A stretch of DNA of 64,000 nucleotides from Novosphingobium sp. (GCF_040079535.1 NZ_JBEBKB010000015.1:192-64191); one strand, 5' to 3'. Positions 8,259 to 17,672 are shown, counted from the first letter of the stretch. Notes: generated by a model not told the origin, from the sequence alone. Made by a program: numbers and translations.

Positions 8259-9496
8259 TTGTAGGTGGTCAGCCCTTCAAGCGCCACCGGCCCGCGCGCG
8301 TGCAGCCGCCCGGTGGCAATCCCGATTTCCGCTCCCAGCCCAAATTCCCCGCCATCGGCGAACTGGGTTGAGGCATTGGCCATCACGATCGCGCTATCGA
8401 CCTCGGCCAGGAAGCGCTCGCAAATACCAGCGTCTTCGCTGACAACCGCGTCGGTGTGGTGTGAGCCGTGCTGTTCGATATGGGCCAGCGCGGCTTCCAG
8501 CCCATCGACAACCGCAACTGAAAGGATCGCATCGAGGTATTCGGTATCCCAATCCGCCGCGCTGGCTGGGACCATCCGCGAATCGAGCGCGCAGGCCCGC
8601 GCATCGCCGCGCAGTTCGCAGCCGGCCTCAAGCAATGCGGAAACCACTGCCTGACTGGCAGGGAACTGCGAATCGAGCAGCAATGTCTCCATCGATCCGC
8701 AAATGCCGGTCCGGCGCAGCTTGGCATTCAGCGCGATCGCCTGGGCCTTGTCCGGATCGGCGGCGGAATGGACGTAGGTGTGGCAAATCCCGTCCAGGTG
8801 GGCCAGCACCGGCACCCGGGCATCGGCCTGAACCCGTGCGACAAGGCTTTTTCCGCCGCGCGGCACGATCATATCGATCAGCCCTGCTGCAGTCAGCATC
8901 GCACCCACGATGGCCCGGTCCTGACTGGGCACCAATTGCACGGCATCAGCCGGAATGCCCTGCGAAACCAGCCCCTTGACCAGCGCCAAATGGATCGCGC
9001 GATTGGACAGAACCGCTTCGCTGCCGCCGCGCAGCAGCACCGCATTGCCCGATCGCAGACACAATGCCGCGGCATCGGCGGTCACATTAGGGCGGCTTTC
9101 ATAGATGATCCCGATCAGCCCGATCGGGATTCGCACCCGCGCCATGACCAGGCCATTGGGGCGATGATCCTGCGAAATGATCGCACCAACCGGATCGGGC
9201 AATGCCGCAACGCCGTCGAGTGCATTGGCGATATCCGCCAGCCGCGCCGGATCAAGCCGCAGCCGGTCCAGCATCGCCGGGCTCAGCCCGCCCGCTTTGG
9301 CGGCTGCCATATCCTGGGCATTTGCGGCCAGGATTGCCGATTCGCTTGCGCGCAGCACGGCGGCGGCGGCCCGCAGGCCCTGCGCCATGATTTCAGGATC
9401 AAGCCGCGCCAGTTCGCGCTGCGCAGCCCGGCCGGCTTGCCCCAGTCTGGCGACGAGCAACTCTGGGGTTTCGGCGGTAGCGGGGTCTGCGGTCAT
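8222..9496 (-). CDS. proA: Glutamate-5-semialdehyde dehydrogenase
   Basis: IPIGLIGIIYESRPNVTADAAALCLRSGNAVLLRGGSEA, FADGGEFGLGAEIGIATGRLHARGPV; start reassigned to ATG 9496. Confidence 0.97.
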   Translation of the reverse strand: MTADPATAETPELLVARLGQAGRAAQRELARLDPEIMAQGLRAAAAVLRASESAILAANAQDMAAAKAGGLSPAMLDRLRLDPARLADIANALDGVAALPDPVGAIISQDHRPNGLVMARVRIPIGLIGIIYESRPNVTADAAALCLRSGNAVLLRGGSEAVLSNRAIHLALVKGLVSQGIPADAVQLVPSQDRAIVGAMLTAAGLIDMIVPRGGKSLVARVQADARVPVLAHLDGICHTYVHSAADPDKAQAIALNAKLRRTGICGSMETLLLDSQFPASQAVVSALLEAGCELRGDARACALDSRMVPASAADWDTEYLDAILSVAVVDGLEAALAHIEQHGSHHTDAVVSEDAGICERFLAEVDSAIVMANASTQFADGGEFGLGAEIGIATGRLHARGPVALEGLTTYKWVVRGNGQIRP

Positions 9497-9569
9497 GATC
9501 GCGCGCCTAACACCGCGCGCGGCGCTTGTCATCGCCCAAGCCGATTCGCGGCTGGCCCTGCCGCCAATC

Positions 9570-9585
9570 TTAACCCGCGATAAAC
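9570..9585 (+). promoter_or_regulatory. Putative CtrA box TTAA-N7-TAAAC
   Basis: TTAACCCGCGATAAAC, one mismatch to TTAA-N7-TTAAC, in the divergent proA / M23-bactofilin intergenic region. Confidence 0.55.
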
Positions 9586-9700
9586 GATTCAACCCGCCAG
9601 TCTTTCGATTCGGCGACTCTCGCTTACACAGGATTCGCCACCTGCCTGCCAAGCTGCTAGCCGCCCCCCCCAATAGGAACAAAAGGGACTCGGGGTCGCT

Positions 9701-10873
9701 TTGACAAACATTGCTGCTGGCAGGCTCTCAGCCCGCCTGCGGAGCTGGTTTCCGGATCGCGAATTTTTCATGCGTTCCGAAGGTCAGGTCCGTTTCATCA
9801 AGGTTTCTTCGCGCACGCAGATGATCGCTGCGGGGGTCGCTGTGTCGTTGGCCTTGTTCTGGGCCCTGACCATGGCCGCAATGGCGATTGCCAGCTATAT
9901 TTCAGAGCGTGATCGGATCTCGATGCTTGATCGCAAGGCCGCGGTGGAAAGCGCGGAACACCGGATCAAGGCTTACCGCGGCGATCTCGACAAGCAGGCC
10001 GATACCGTCAATCGCCGCCAGGACTTCATCGAAAAGACCGTGCAGGCCCATCTGGGCGAACTTCCACGCGACGCCAAGGCCGGCGAAACCGTCAGCGATA
10101 GCGCAAGCGAAGCGGCTGAAACGGTTAGAAAGGTTTCTCAAGCCACGCCCGAAGCTGCTGCATTGGTGCGGATCGAAGCCCGTCAACTGGCCTTCATCGA
10201 AGGTTTGACCCGGCTGGCCGATCGCCGCGCTGCTGCTGCCGAAGCCAAGCTGGCGAGCCTGGGGGTAAGCCCTGAAGTGGCGCTGGGTGCGATCAACGAT
10301 CGCGCTGCGCAAGGTGGCCCGCTGATCATGATGGCGACCGCAGCCGATGGTTCGATCGATCCGCGGTTTCAGCGCTTTGGCCTGTCGCTGGCCCGGATGG
10401 AGGCGCTTGAACGCTCTGTTGCCGGACTGCCGCAAGTGCTGCCTGCCAGCCTTGAATACATTTCTTCGGGCTTTGGGTTCCGCTCCAATCCCTTTACCGG
10501 CGGCGGCGGTGAATTTCACCCCGGGCTGGATTTCAAGGGGCCGCATGGCGCACCGATATATGCCGCAGCACCCGGCACAGTCAGCTTTGTCGGTTGGCGT
10601 TCGGGCTATGGCAACTGCGTTGAGATCGATCACGGCAATGGCCTGATCACCCGCTATGCCCACATGTCCGGCTTTCGCACTGTTCAGGGCAAGCAAGTGC
10701 CCGCGGGTGATGTCATTGGCCTGATCGGTTCAACCGGCCGTTCAACCGGACCGCATCTTCATTTCGAAGTGCGAATCAATGATCGTCCGGTCAATCCCCG
10801 CCCCTTCCTTGAGGCTGCATCCAATGTTCTCCAAAAAGCCGGCAGCGCATCTGCCCCAGATTCCGCAAGGTAG
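9701..10873 (+). CDS. M23 family endopeptidase, LmdC-like (N-terminal DUF5930-like region, TM, coiled coil, M23)
   Basis: WFPDREFFMRSEGQVRFIKVS N-terminus, TM helix, HPGLD (HxxxD) and HLH zinc motifs; TTG start; upstream of a bactofilin gene. Confidence 0.9.
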   Translation: MTNIAAGRLSARLRSWFPDREFFMRSEGQVRFIKVSSRTQMIAAGVAVSLALFWALTMAAMAIASYISERDRISMLDRKAAVESAEHRIKAYRGDLDKQADTVNRRQDFIEKTVQAHLGELPRDAKAGETVSDSASEAAETVRKVSQATPEAAALVRIEARQLAFIEGLTRLADRRAAAAEAKLASLGVSPEVALGAINDRAAQGGPLIMMATAADGSIDPRFQRFGLSLARMEALERSVAGLPQVLPASLEYISSGFGFRSNPFTGGGGEFHPGLDFKGPHGAPIYAAAPGTVSFVGWRSGYGNCVEIDHGNGLITRYAHMSGFRTVQGKQVPAGDVIGLIGSTGRSTGPHLHFEVRINDRPVNPRPFLEAASNVLQKAGSASAPDSAR

Positions 10874-11234
10874 CTCGATGTCAAAATCCACGTTCTCGGT
10901 GCTTGGTGCCGATCTCAAGGTCAAAGGCGATATTGCCGCCTCGGCCGATTTGCACATCGATGGCCGGGTTGAAGGCGACGTTTCGTGCACCAACCTGGTC
11001 CAGGGCGAAAGTGGTGAGATCATTGGCGCAGTAAAGGCCGAAAGCGCCCGCCTGTCCGGCACGGTCCGCGGCACAATCGCAGTGCGCAATCTGGTGGTGC
11101 TGAAAAGCGCGCGGATTTTTGGCGATGTCCACTATGATTCGCTGACGATTGAGCAGGGCGCCCAGGTTGACGGACGTTTCGCGCCGCGCGCCGCCGAAGA
11201 CGATGCAACCGTGGTAACCCTGGCCGCGAGCTAG
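10824..11234 (+). CDS. Bactofilin (polymer-forming cytoskeletal protein)
   Basis: STFSVLGADLKVKGDI...LHIDGRVEGDV...IFGDVHYDSLTIEQGAQVDG; MFSKK start at 10824 with GAGG at 10811-10814. Confidence 0.92.
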   Translation: MFSKKPAAHLPQIPQGSSMSKSTFSVLGADLKVKGDIAASADLHIDGRVEGDVSCTNLVQGESGEIIGAVKAESARLSGTVRGTIAVRNLVVLKSARIFGDVHYDSLTIEQGAQVDGRFAPRAAEDDATVVTLAAS

Positions 11235-11243
11235 GGTCAGGAC

Positions 11244-12932
11244 CTAGATTCCCAATTCCGCGCGCAGGGCCTTTCGGTCCAGCTTGCCAACCATCGTTTT
11301 GGGCAGTTCTTCGCGCACAACCACGCTATCGGCGCGCTCATGTTTGCCGATCCGGCTGTTGAGCCAATCGCGCAAGTCATCGCCGCTGGCCGCTGCGTCC
11401 TCGTTCAGGCTTACAAAGGCGCGCGGCACTTCGCCAAGCCGCGCATCGGGCACGCCGATTACCAGCGCTTCCTTGACGGCAGGATGCTGCAACAGCACGG
11501 CCTCTACCTGGCTGGGAAAGACCTTGAAGCCGCCGACCGCGATCATATCCTTGATCCGGTCAACGATTTTGACATAGCCCGCCGGATCGATCGTCGCGAC
11601 ATCGCCGGTCCGCAGCCACCGCCCATCGCTGCGCTGGGCAAAAGCGCTGGCGGCAGCTTCGGGCCGCTGCCAATAGCCCTGCATCACTTGCGGGCCCTGA
11701 ACTGCCAGTTCACCCGGTTCACCCGGCGCGGCATCGCGCGCAGGATCTTCGCGGTCAAGCAGGCGCACCCGGGTGCCCGGCAAGACCTGACCGATGGTGC
11801 CGATCCGCTCTTCGCCGGCATAGGGGTTGGTCGATACCACCCCGGAACTTTCGGTCAGCCCGTAGCCTTCAACAATCCGCGCATGCGTTGCCGCTTCGAA
11901 CCGGGCTTTGAGCGGCAGGGGCAGCGGCGCGCCGCCTGAAATACAGATCCTGAGACTGGAAAAATCGGTCTTTGCTGCGGCCGGGTGATCGAGCAGCGCC
12001 TGAAACATGGTTGGCACGGCGGGCATCGCCGTCGCCCTGACCCGCTGCAGGGTTTTCAGCGCCTGTCCGGCCTCAAACCGGGGCAGCATCGCGATGCAGC
12101 CGCCATTGGCCACGGTGCGGTTGAGCACGCAAGTGTTGGCAAACACATGAAACAGCGGAAGCACCCCCAGGATCATGTCGCGCTCACCCTTGCCGGGGTC
12201 GATCGCGGCAACCTGGCGGGCATTGGCTGTCAGGTTCTGGTGGGTCAGGATCGCCCCCTTGGGGGTGCCGGTTGTGCCGCCGGTATATTGCAGCAAGGCG
12301 ATGTCACGGACCGGATCGATCGCAACCGGCTGCGGCTTGTCACCGAACTGGCATTGGGACCAGGAGAAGACATCGCAGCGCTTGGGCAGCGGCATGACTG
12401 CCTTCCGGCCGAGAATCGCCAGAGCCAAACGCTTGGTCCAGCCGAGCATCTGGCCAAGTTCGCCCACGACGATCCATTCGAGCGGTGAATTGCCCAGAAC
12501 CTCAAGCGCGGTTGGCAGCAATGCGCTCGAATTGAGCGTTACCAGTATTCGCGTGCCCGAATCCCTTACTTGCGCCGCCAGCTCTTCAGCGGTGTAGAGC
12601 GGGCTGAAATTGACCAGTGTCGCCCCAATCATGGCTGCGCCATAATAAGCCGCAATATAGATCGGGACATTGGGCAGATAGAGCCCGATCCGGTCACCGC
12701 GCCCAATCCCCCCCATCATCTGCAGATAGGCAGCGAAGGCCTGGGCTTGCTGGTAGAGCGCCACATAGCTGTACTTCCGCCCCAGAAAATCCACCAGCGG
12801 CCGGTCCGGATGGGCCAACATTGCTTGGTTGAACATTTCGGGCAGCGAGAGCGGCGGCAGATCAAGCGCCCAGCCGCTGGCATGCGCATAATGCGCAAGC
12901 CAGGGTTCAGTCATTGGATCATCTTCGCTCAC
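11244..12932 (-). CDS. fadD: Long-chain-fatty-acid--CoA ligase
   Basis: LQYTGGTTGTPKGA AMP-binding motif, EGYGLTE, WLRTGD, VGGFKVFPSQVE. Confidence 0.88.
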   Translation of the reverse strand: MSEDDPMTEPWLAHYAHASGWALDLPPLSLPEMFNQAMLAHPDRPLVDFLGRKYSYVALYQQAQAFAAYLQMMGGIGRGDRIGLYLPNVPIYIAAYYGAAMIGATLVNFSPLYTAEELAAQVRDSGTRILVTLNSSALLPTALEVLGNSPLEWIVVGELGQMLGWTKRLALAILGRKAVMPLPKRCDVFSWSQCQFGDKPQPVAIDPVRDIALLQYTGGTTGTPKGAILTHQNLTANARQVAAIDPGKGERDMILGVLPLFHVFANTCVLNRTVANGGCIAMLPRFEAGQALKTLQRVRATAMPAVPTMFQALLDHPAAAKTDFSSLRICISGGAPLPLPLKARFEAATHARIVEGYGLTESSGVVSTNPYAGEERIGTIGQVLPGTRVRLLDREDPARDAAPGEPGELAVQGPQVMQGYWQRPEAAASAFAQRSDGRWLRTGDVATIDPAGYVKIVDRIKDMIAVGGFKVFPSQVEAVLLQHPAVKEALVIGVPDARLGEVPRAFVSLNEDAAASGDDLRDWLNSRIGKHERADSVVVREELPKTMVGKLDRKALRAELGI

Positions 12933-12983
12933 GACCTAAGGCCTAACCCATTCGCGCAGGATGGGTAGCGATTTTTGAGGGGC

Positions 12984-13685
12984 CTATTCCTCGCCAGCCG
13001 CCTCTGCTGCGCGCTTCGCCTCAAGCCAGGCTGCCGCTTCGGCTTCCTGGGCGGCTTCGCTGGCGGCCTTGGTCTGGGCTTCGCGTTCGGCGCGCAGCTC
13101 TTCAATCAGGGCTTCGCGATCATCACCAAGCCGCGCATCGTCGCCGGCCAGATCTTGCAGTCCAGCCTTCTTGGCCGCCTTGGCCACAATCGCATCAAGT
13201 TCGCGCTGGCTGCACAGGCCCAGGGTCACCGGGTCCTTGGGCTGGATGTTGGCAATGTTCCAGTGGCTGCGATCGCGGATTGCAGAGATGGTGTTGCGGG
13301 TGGTGCCGATCAGCTTGCCGATCTGCGCATCCGAAATTTCGGGGTGGCTCTTGAGGATCCAGGCGATGCCATCGGGCTTGTCCTGGCGCTTCGAAACCGG
13401 CGTATAGCGCGGGCCTTTGGTGCGGCTGACTTGCGCCGGAGCCTTTTGCATCACCAGCGAATAGGCAGGATCGGCCTGGCCCTTTTCAATCTCGGCCATG
13501 GTCAGCTCGCCCGAGCGAACCGGATCGCGCCCGGTGTACTTGCTGCTGGCCAGATCATCAGCCATCGCCTGCACTTCCAGGATATGCAGGCCGCAAAATT
13601 CGGCGATCTGTTCAAAGCCCAGCGCGGTATTATCAACCAGCCAGGAAGCGGTTGCATGCGGCATAAGCGGGGTTGGCTGGGACAC
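12984..13685 (-). CDS. trcR: DUF1013 family protein (TrcR-like RNA polymerase-associated regulator)
   Basis: PLMPHATASWLVDNTAL, KGPRYTPVSKRQDKPDGIAW, RDRSHWNIANIQPKDPVTLGLCSQ; GTG start at 13685 with GGAG upstream. Confidence 0.85.
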   Translation of the reverse strand: MSQPTPLMPHATASWLVDNTALGFEQIAEFCGLHILEVQAMADDLASSKYTGRDPVRSGELTMAEIEKGQADPAYSLVMQKAPAQVSRTKGPRYTPVSKRQDKPDGIAWILKSHPEISDAQIGKLIGTTRNTISAIRDRSHWNIANIQPKDPVTLGLCSQRELDAIVAKAAKKAGLQDLAGDDARLGDDREALIEELRAEREAQTKAASEAAQEAEAAAWLEAKRAAEAAGEE

Positions 13686-13776
13686 GGGTTTTCTCCGGTT
13701 GAAATAGATAGGGCCGCCCCTTGCGGAGCGGCCGTTCGCGGGGTCATCTAGGCCAGTTCTTGGCCAAGGGCAACTC

Positions 13777-14781
13777 TCAACCCACTTTGAGCACGATCTT
13801 GCCAATATGGCTGCCAGCTTCCATCCGGGCATGGGCCTGATCGGCATCGGCCAAGGCAAAGGTCTGGTCCATGATCGGGCGCAGTTTGCCGTTTTCGACC
13901 AGCGGCCAAGCCACTTCGCGGATTTCCTGGGCGAGCAGCGCCTTGAACGCGTCTGAGCGCGGGCGCAGGGTCGATCCGGTCATGGTCAGGCGGCGGCGCA
14001 TGATCTCCACCATGCTGACGCTTGCCTGTAGCCCGCCCTGAACCGCAATGGTGATATGGCGGCCATCATCGGCCAGACACTGCAGATTGCGCGGCACGTA
14101 ATCGCCCGCAACCATATCGAGCACGATCTCCACCCCTTTGCCCCCAGTGATCCGCGCCACTTCGGCCACAAAATCCTGGGCCTTGTAATCGATTGCGTGA
14201 TCGGCGCCGATTGCCAGTGCGGCAGCGCATTTGCTGGCCCCGCCGCAAGTGACAATCACGGTCAGCCCGAAGTGTTTGGCCAGCATGATTGCCATTGTGC
14301 CGATCCCGCTGGTGCCGCCATGAACCAGCAGCGTTTCGCCTTCGCGGGCATAGCCGCGCTCAAACACGTTATGCCATACGGTAAACAGCGTTTCGGGGAG
14401 CGCCGCGGCTTCATCCATTGCCAATCCGGCGGGCACCGGCAGGCAATGCCCGGCCGGAACCAGGCAATATTCGCCGTAACCACCGCCTGGGGCGAGGGCG
14501 CAAACCTTTTGCCCCGGCAGCCATGCCGTCACGCCTTCACCCAGCGCCGCGATAGTGCCCGAAACTTCAAGCCCCGGCAGCGGCGAGGCGCCCGGCGGGG
14601 GCGGATAAAAGCCCATGCGTTGGATCACATCGGGCCGGTTTACCCCGGCAAAGGCCACCTTGATCAGCACTTCGTCCGGGGCGGGGCGGGGCACCGGCAG
14701 TTCTTCCAGCCGCAAAACTTCGGGCCCGCCGGGCGCATCATACCCGGCCGCCATCATGGTTTCTGGAAGCGAATCAACCAT
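13777..14781 (-). CDS. NAD(P)H-quinone oxidoreductase, PIG3 family
   Basis: AFAGVNRPDVIQRMGFYPPPPGAS, LVHGGTSGIGTMA, GSTLRPRS, HIGKIVL; start reassigned to ATG 14781. Confidence 0.92.
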   Translation of the reverse strand: MVDSLPETMMAAGYDAPGGPEVLRLEELPVPRPAPDEVLIKVAFAGVNRPDVIQRMGFYPPPPGASPLPGLEVSGTIAALGEGVTAWLPGQKVCALAPGGGYGEYCLVPAGHCLPVPAGLAMDEAAALPETLFTVWHNVFERGYAREGETLLVHGGTSGIGTMAIMLAKHFGLTVIVTCGGASKCAAALAIGADHAIDYKAQDFVAEVARITGGKGVEIVLDMVAGDYVPRNLQCLADDGRHITIAVQGGLQASVSMVEIMRRRLTMTGSTLRPRSDAFKALLAQEIREVAWPLVENGKLRPIMDQTFALADADQAHARMEAGSHIGKIVLKVG

Positions 14782-14837
14782 TTGCCTATCCCTGCCTGCT
14801 GCCGCCCAGTGTTTTTCCGCCCTAGCTGCTGGCGTGG

Positions 14838-14866
14838 TTGACAGCAAGGCCGCAGCGTCCGATTCT
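14838..14866 (+). promoter_or_regulatory. Putative sigma70 promoter of the DUF1192 gene
   Basis: TTGACA (14838-14843), 17-bp spacer, GATTCT (14861-14866); ATG at 14876. Confidence 0.5.
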
Positions 14867-14875
14867 GGACCGATC

Positions 14876-15076
14876 ATGGATGAAGACCTGCCCCGACCCA
14901 AAGGCGATGCCGCCGCCGCACTGGCCAAGGAAAGCCTCGATCCCTATTCGCAGGATGAGCTGGGCGAACGGATTGCCTTGCTTGAGGCGGAAATCGCCCG
15001 GATCAAAGGCCACCGCGACAAGGCCGCCGCGCACCGCAGCGCCGCCGATGCGCTTTTTGGCCGCCGGCCAGATTGA
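14876..15076 (+). CDS. DUF1192 family small protein
   Basis: ESLDPYSQDELGERIALLEAEIARIK...RSAADALF pattern, 66 aa. Confidence 0.85.
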   Translation: MDEDLPRPKGDAAAALAKESLDPYSQDELGERIALLEAEIARIKGHRDKAAAHRSAADALFGRRPD

Positions 15077-15093
15077 TGGCGCGGATTGCCCTT

Positions 15094-15119
15094 TTCGAAC
15101 CGGCGGGGGCATCCCATAT
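15094..15119 (+). promoter_or_regulatory. Putative sigma32 (RpoH) promoter of clpA
   Basis: TTCGAA (15094-15099)-N13-CCCATAT (15113-15119) resembles CTTGAA-N13/17-CCCCATNT. Confidence 0.45.
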
Positions 15120-15207
15120 AGGTTTGGTTAACCCTGTTTGCTCATACTCCCCGGAAGTGCCAAATTCACCGTCCGGCGTGTCTACCCCCCAGCGGAGACC
15201 AGATTAG

Positions 15208-17595
15208 ATGCCCAGTTTCGCCCAGAGCCTTGAAAAGACGCTGCACGCGGCGCTCGCCAATGCGTCCGAACGCGCGCATGAATATGCCACGCTTGAGCAC
15301 CTGCTGCTGGCGCTGATCGATGATGCCGATGCCGCGCAAGTGATGCAATCCTGCGGTGTTGAACTGGCCGAGCTGACCGAAGTGGTTAAGCAATACCTCG
15401 ATCAGGAATACCAGTCGCTGAAAACCGAGGCCAAGGGCGATCCTTCGCCAACGGCGGGATTCCAGCGGGTGATCCAGCGCGCAATCCTGCACGTCCAAAG
15501 CTCTGGCAAAGACACCGTGACCGGCGCGAACGTGCTGGTCGCCCTGTTTTCTGAGCGCGATAGCTATGCGGTCTATTTCCTCCAGCAACAGGACATGACC
15601 CGGCTTGATGCGGTAAGCTTTATCAGCCACGGGATCGGCAAGGGCGGCAAGCGGATCGAGGATCGCACCCCCAAGGGCAGCGATACCCCCGAGGCGCCCC
15701 AACCTGAGGACAAGGGCACTGCCAAAGACGGCAAAAAGGATTCCGCGCTCGACCAGTTCTGCGTCAATCTCAACGAAAAAGCCCAGGCCGGAAAGGTCGA
15801 TCCGCTGATCGGGCGCGGGCCCGAGGTTGATCGGACGATCCAGATCCTGTGCCGGCGCAGCAAGAACAATCCGCTTTATGTTGGCGATCCGGGCGTAGGC
15901 AAAACGGCGATTGCCGAGGGTTTGGCCCGCAAGATTATTGAGGGCGAGGTTCCCGAAGTACTTGAAAATGCTGTGATCTATTCGCTCGATATGGGCGCGC
16001 TTCTGGCCGGAACGCGCTATCGCGGCGATTTTGAGGAACGGCTCAAGCAGGTTGTGAACGAGCTTGAGAAGATGCCCGATGCGGTGCTGTTCATCGATGA
16101 AATTCACACCGTGATCGGCGCCGGGGCAACCAGCGGCGGGGCGATGGATGCATCGAACCTGCTGAAGCCAGCCTTGTCGGGCGGGTCGATCCGCTGCATT
16201 GGATCGACCACCTATAAGGAATTTCGCAATCACTTCGAAAAGGACCGCGCGCTGCTGCGCCGGTTCCAGAAGATCGACGTGAACGAACCGACGATCGAGG
16301 ATACGATCAAGATCCTCAAAGGCCTGCGCAGCGCCTTCGAGGAACACCACAAGGTCAAATATACCGCTGATGCGATCAAGACCGCGGTTGAGCTTTCGGC
16401 GCGCTACATCAATGATCGCAAATTGCCCGACAAGGCGATCGACGTGATCGACGAAGTGGGCGCAATGCAGATGCTGGTCCCGCCCAGCCGCCGCAAAAAG
16501 ACGATTACCGCGCGCGAGATTGAAATGGTGATCGCCACCATGGCGCGAATTCCGCCCAAATCGGTCTCAAGCGATGACCGGCAAGCGCTGGAACACCTTG
16601 AAAAGGACCTCAAGCGGGTTGTGTTCGGACAGGATCAGGCGATCGAAGTGCTGTCCAGCGCGATGAAGCTTAGCCGCGCAGGCCTTCGCGATCTGGAAAA
16701 GCCGATCGGCTCTTTCCTGTTTTCCGGCCCGACCGGCGTCGGCAAGACCGAAGTGGCCAAGCAGCTTGCCAGCATCATGGGCATCCCGATCCAGCGGTTC
16801 GACATGTCGGAATATATGGAGCGCCATTCAGTTTCGCGGCTGATCGGCGCGCCTCCCGGCTATGTCGGCTATGATCAGGGCGGCCTTTTGACCGATGCGA
16901 TCGATCAGCAGCCGCACTGCGTGTTGCTGCTCGACGAAATCGAAAAGGCCCACCCCGATCTGTTCAACATCCTGCTGCAGGTAATGGACAACGGCCGGCT
17001 GACCGATCACCACGGCAAAACTGTCGACTTCCGCAATGTTGTGCTGATCATGACCACCAATGCCGGGGCCAGTGACATGGCGCGGCAGGGGATCGGGTTT
17101 GGTGATGTATCCAAGGCCGATGCCGGTGACGAAGCGGTCAAGAAGATGTTCAGCCCGGAATTTCGCAACCGGCTGGATGCGATCGTGCCGTTCGCCTATC
17201 TGGGCACCGAGGTGATCGCCCGGGTGGTCGAAAAATTCATGCTTCAGCTGGAACTGCAACTGGCCGAACAGAACGTGCATATCCAATTCGATGGCGACGC
17301 CCGCGAATGGCTGGGCAAGCGCGGCTATGACAAGCTTTATGGCGCGCGGCCGATGGCCCGGCTGATCCAGGAAAAGGTCAAGCAGCCACTGGCCGAAGAG
17401 CTGTTGTTCGGCAAACTGCGGCACGGCGGCGAGGTGCATGTCAGCGTCAAGGACGAGGTGCTGGCATTTGAACTGACCCCGGCCCCGCCCAAATTGGACA
17501 AACGGACGAAGAAGGCTGCCGAAGCGCCTGCGGCCAAGCCAAAGCCAAAGCGCAAACCCAAAGCGACCCAGGAACCAAGCGGCGAGAGCGACTGA
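15208..17595 (+). CDS. clpA: ATP-dependent Clp protease ATP-binding subunit ClpA
   Basis: HEYATLEHLLLAL N-domain, GDPGVGKT and GPTGVGKT Walker A motifs, FDMSEYMERHSVSRLIGAPPGYVG. Confidence 0.97.
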   Translation: MPSFAQSLEKTLHAALANASERAHEYATLEHLLLALIDDADAAQVMQSCGVELAELTEVVKQYLDQEYQSLKTEAKGDPSPTAGFQRVIQRAILHVQSSGKDTVTGANVLVALFSERDSYAVYFLQQQDMTRLDAVSFISHGIGKGGKRIEDRTPKGSDTPEAPQPEDKGTAKDGKKDSALDQFCVNLNEKAQAGKVDPLIGRGPEVDRTIQILCRRSKNNPLYVGDPGVGKTAIAEGLARKIIEGEVPEVLENAVIYSLDMGALLAGTRYRGDFEERLKQVVNELEKMPDAVLFIDEIHTVIGAGATSGGAMDASNLLKPALSGGSIRCIGSTTYKEFRNHFEKDRALLRRFQKIDVNEPTIEDTIKILKGLRSAFEEHHKVKYTADAIKTAVELSARYINDRKLPDKAIDVIDEVGAMQMLVPPSRRKKTITAREIEMVIATMARIPPKSVSSDDRQALEHLEKDLKRVVFGQDQAIEVLSSAMKLSRAGLRDLEKPIGSFLFSGPTGVGKTEVAKQLASIMGIPIQRFDMSEYMERHSVSRLIGAPPGYVGYDQGGLLTDAIDQQPHCVLLLDEIEKAHPDLFNILLQVMDNGRLTDHHGKTVDFRNVVLIMTTNAGASDMARQGIGFGDVSKADAGDEAVKKMFSPEFRNRLDAIVPFAYLGTEVIARVVEKFMLQLELQLAEQNVHIQFDGDAREWLGKRGYDKLYGARPMARLIQEKVKQPLAEELLFGKLRHGGEVHVSVKDEVLAFELTPAPPKLDKRTKKAAEAPAAKPKPKRKPKATQEPSGESD

Positions 17596-17672
17596 TTGAC
17601 CGCAATCAATTCCCCGGCTGATCAGCGCCGCTAGGGCGGGGGTTGAAATGCCGCCTGCGGGAGAATGAGCGC

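Noticed and set aside
8222-9700. proA without an adjacent proB
   Set aside because: proB is probably elsewhere; I saw no remnant, and split proBA is not unusual.
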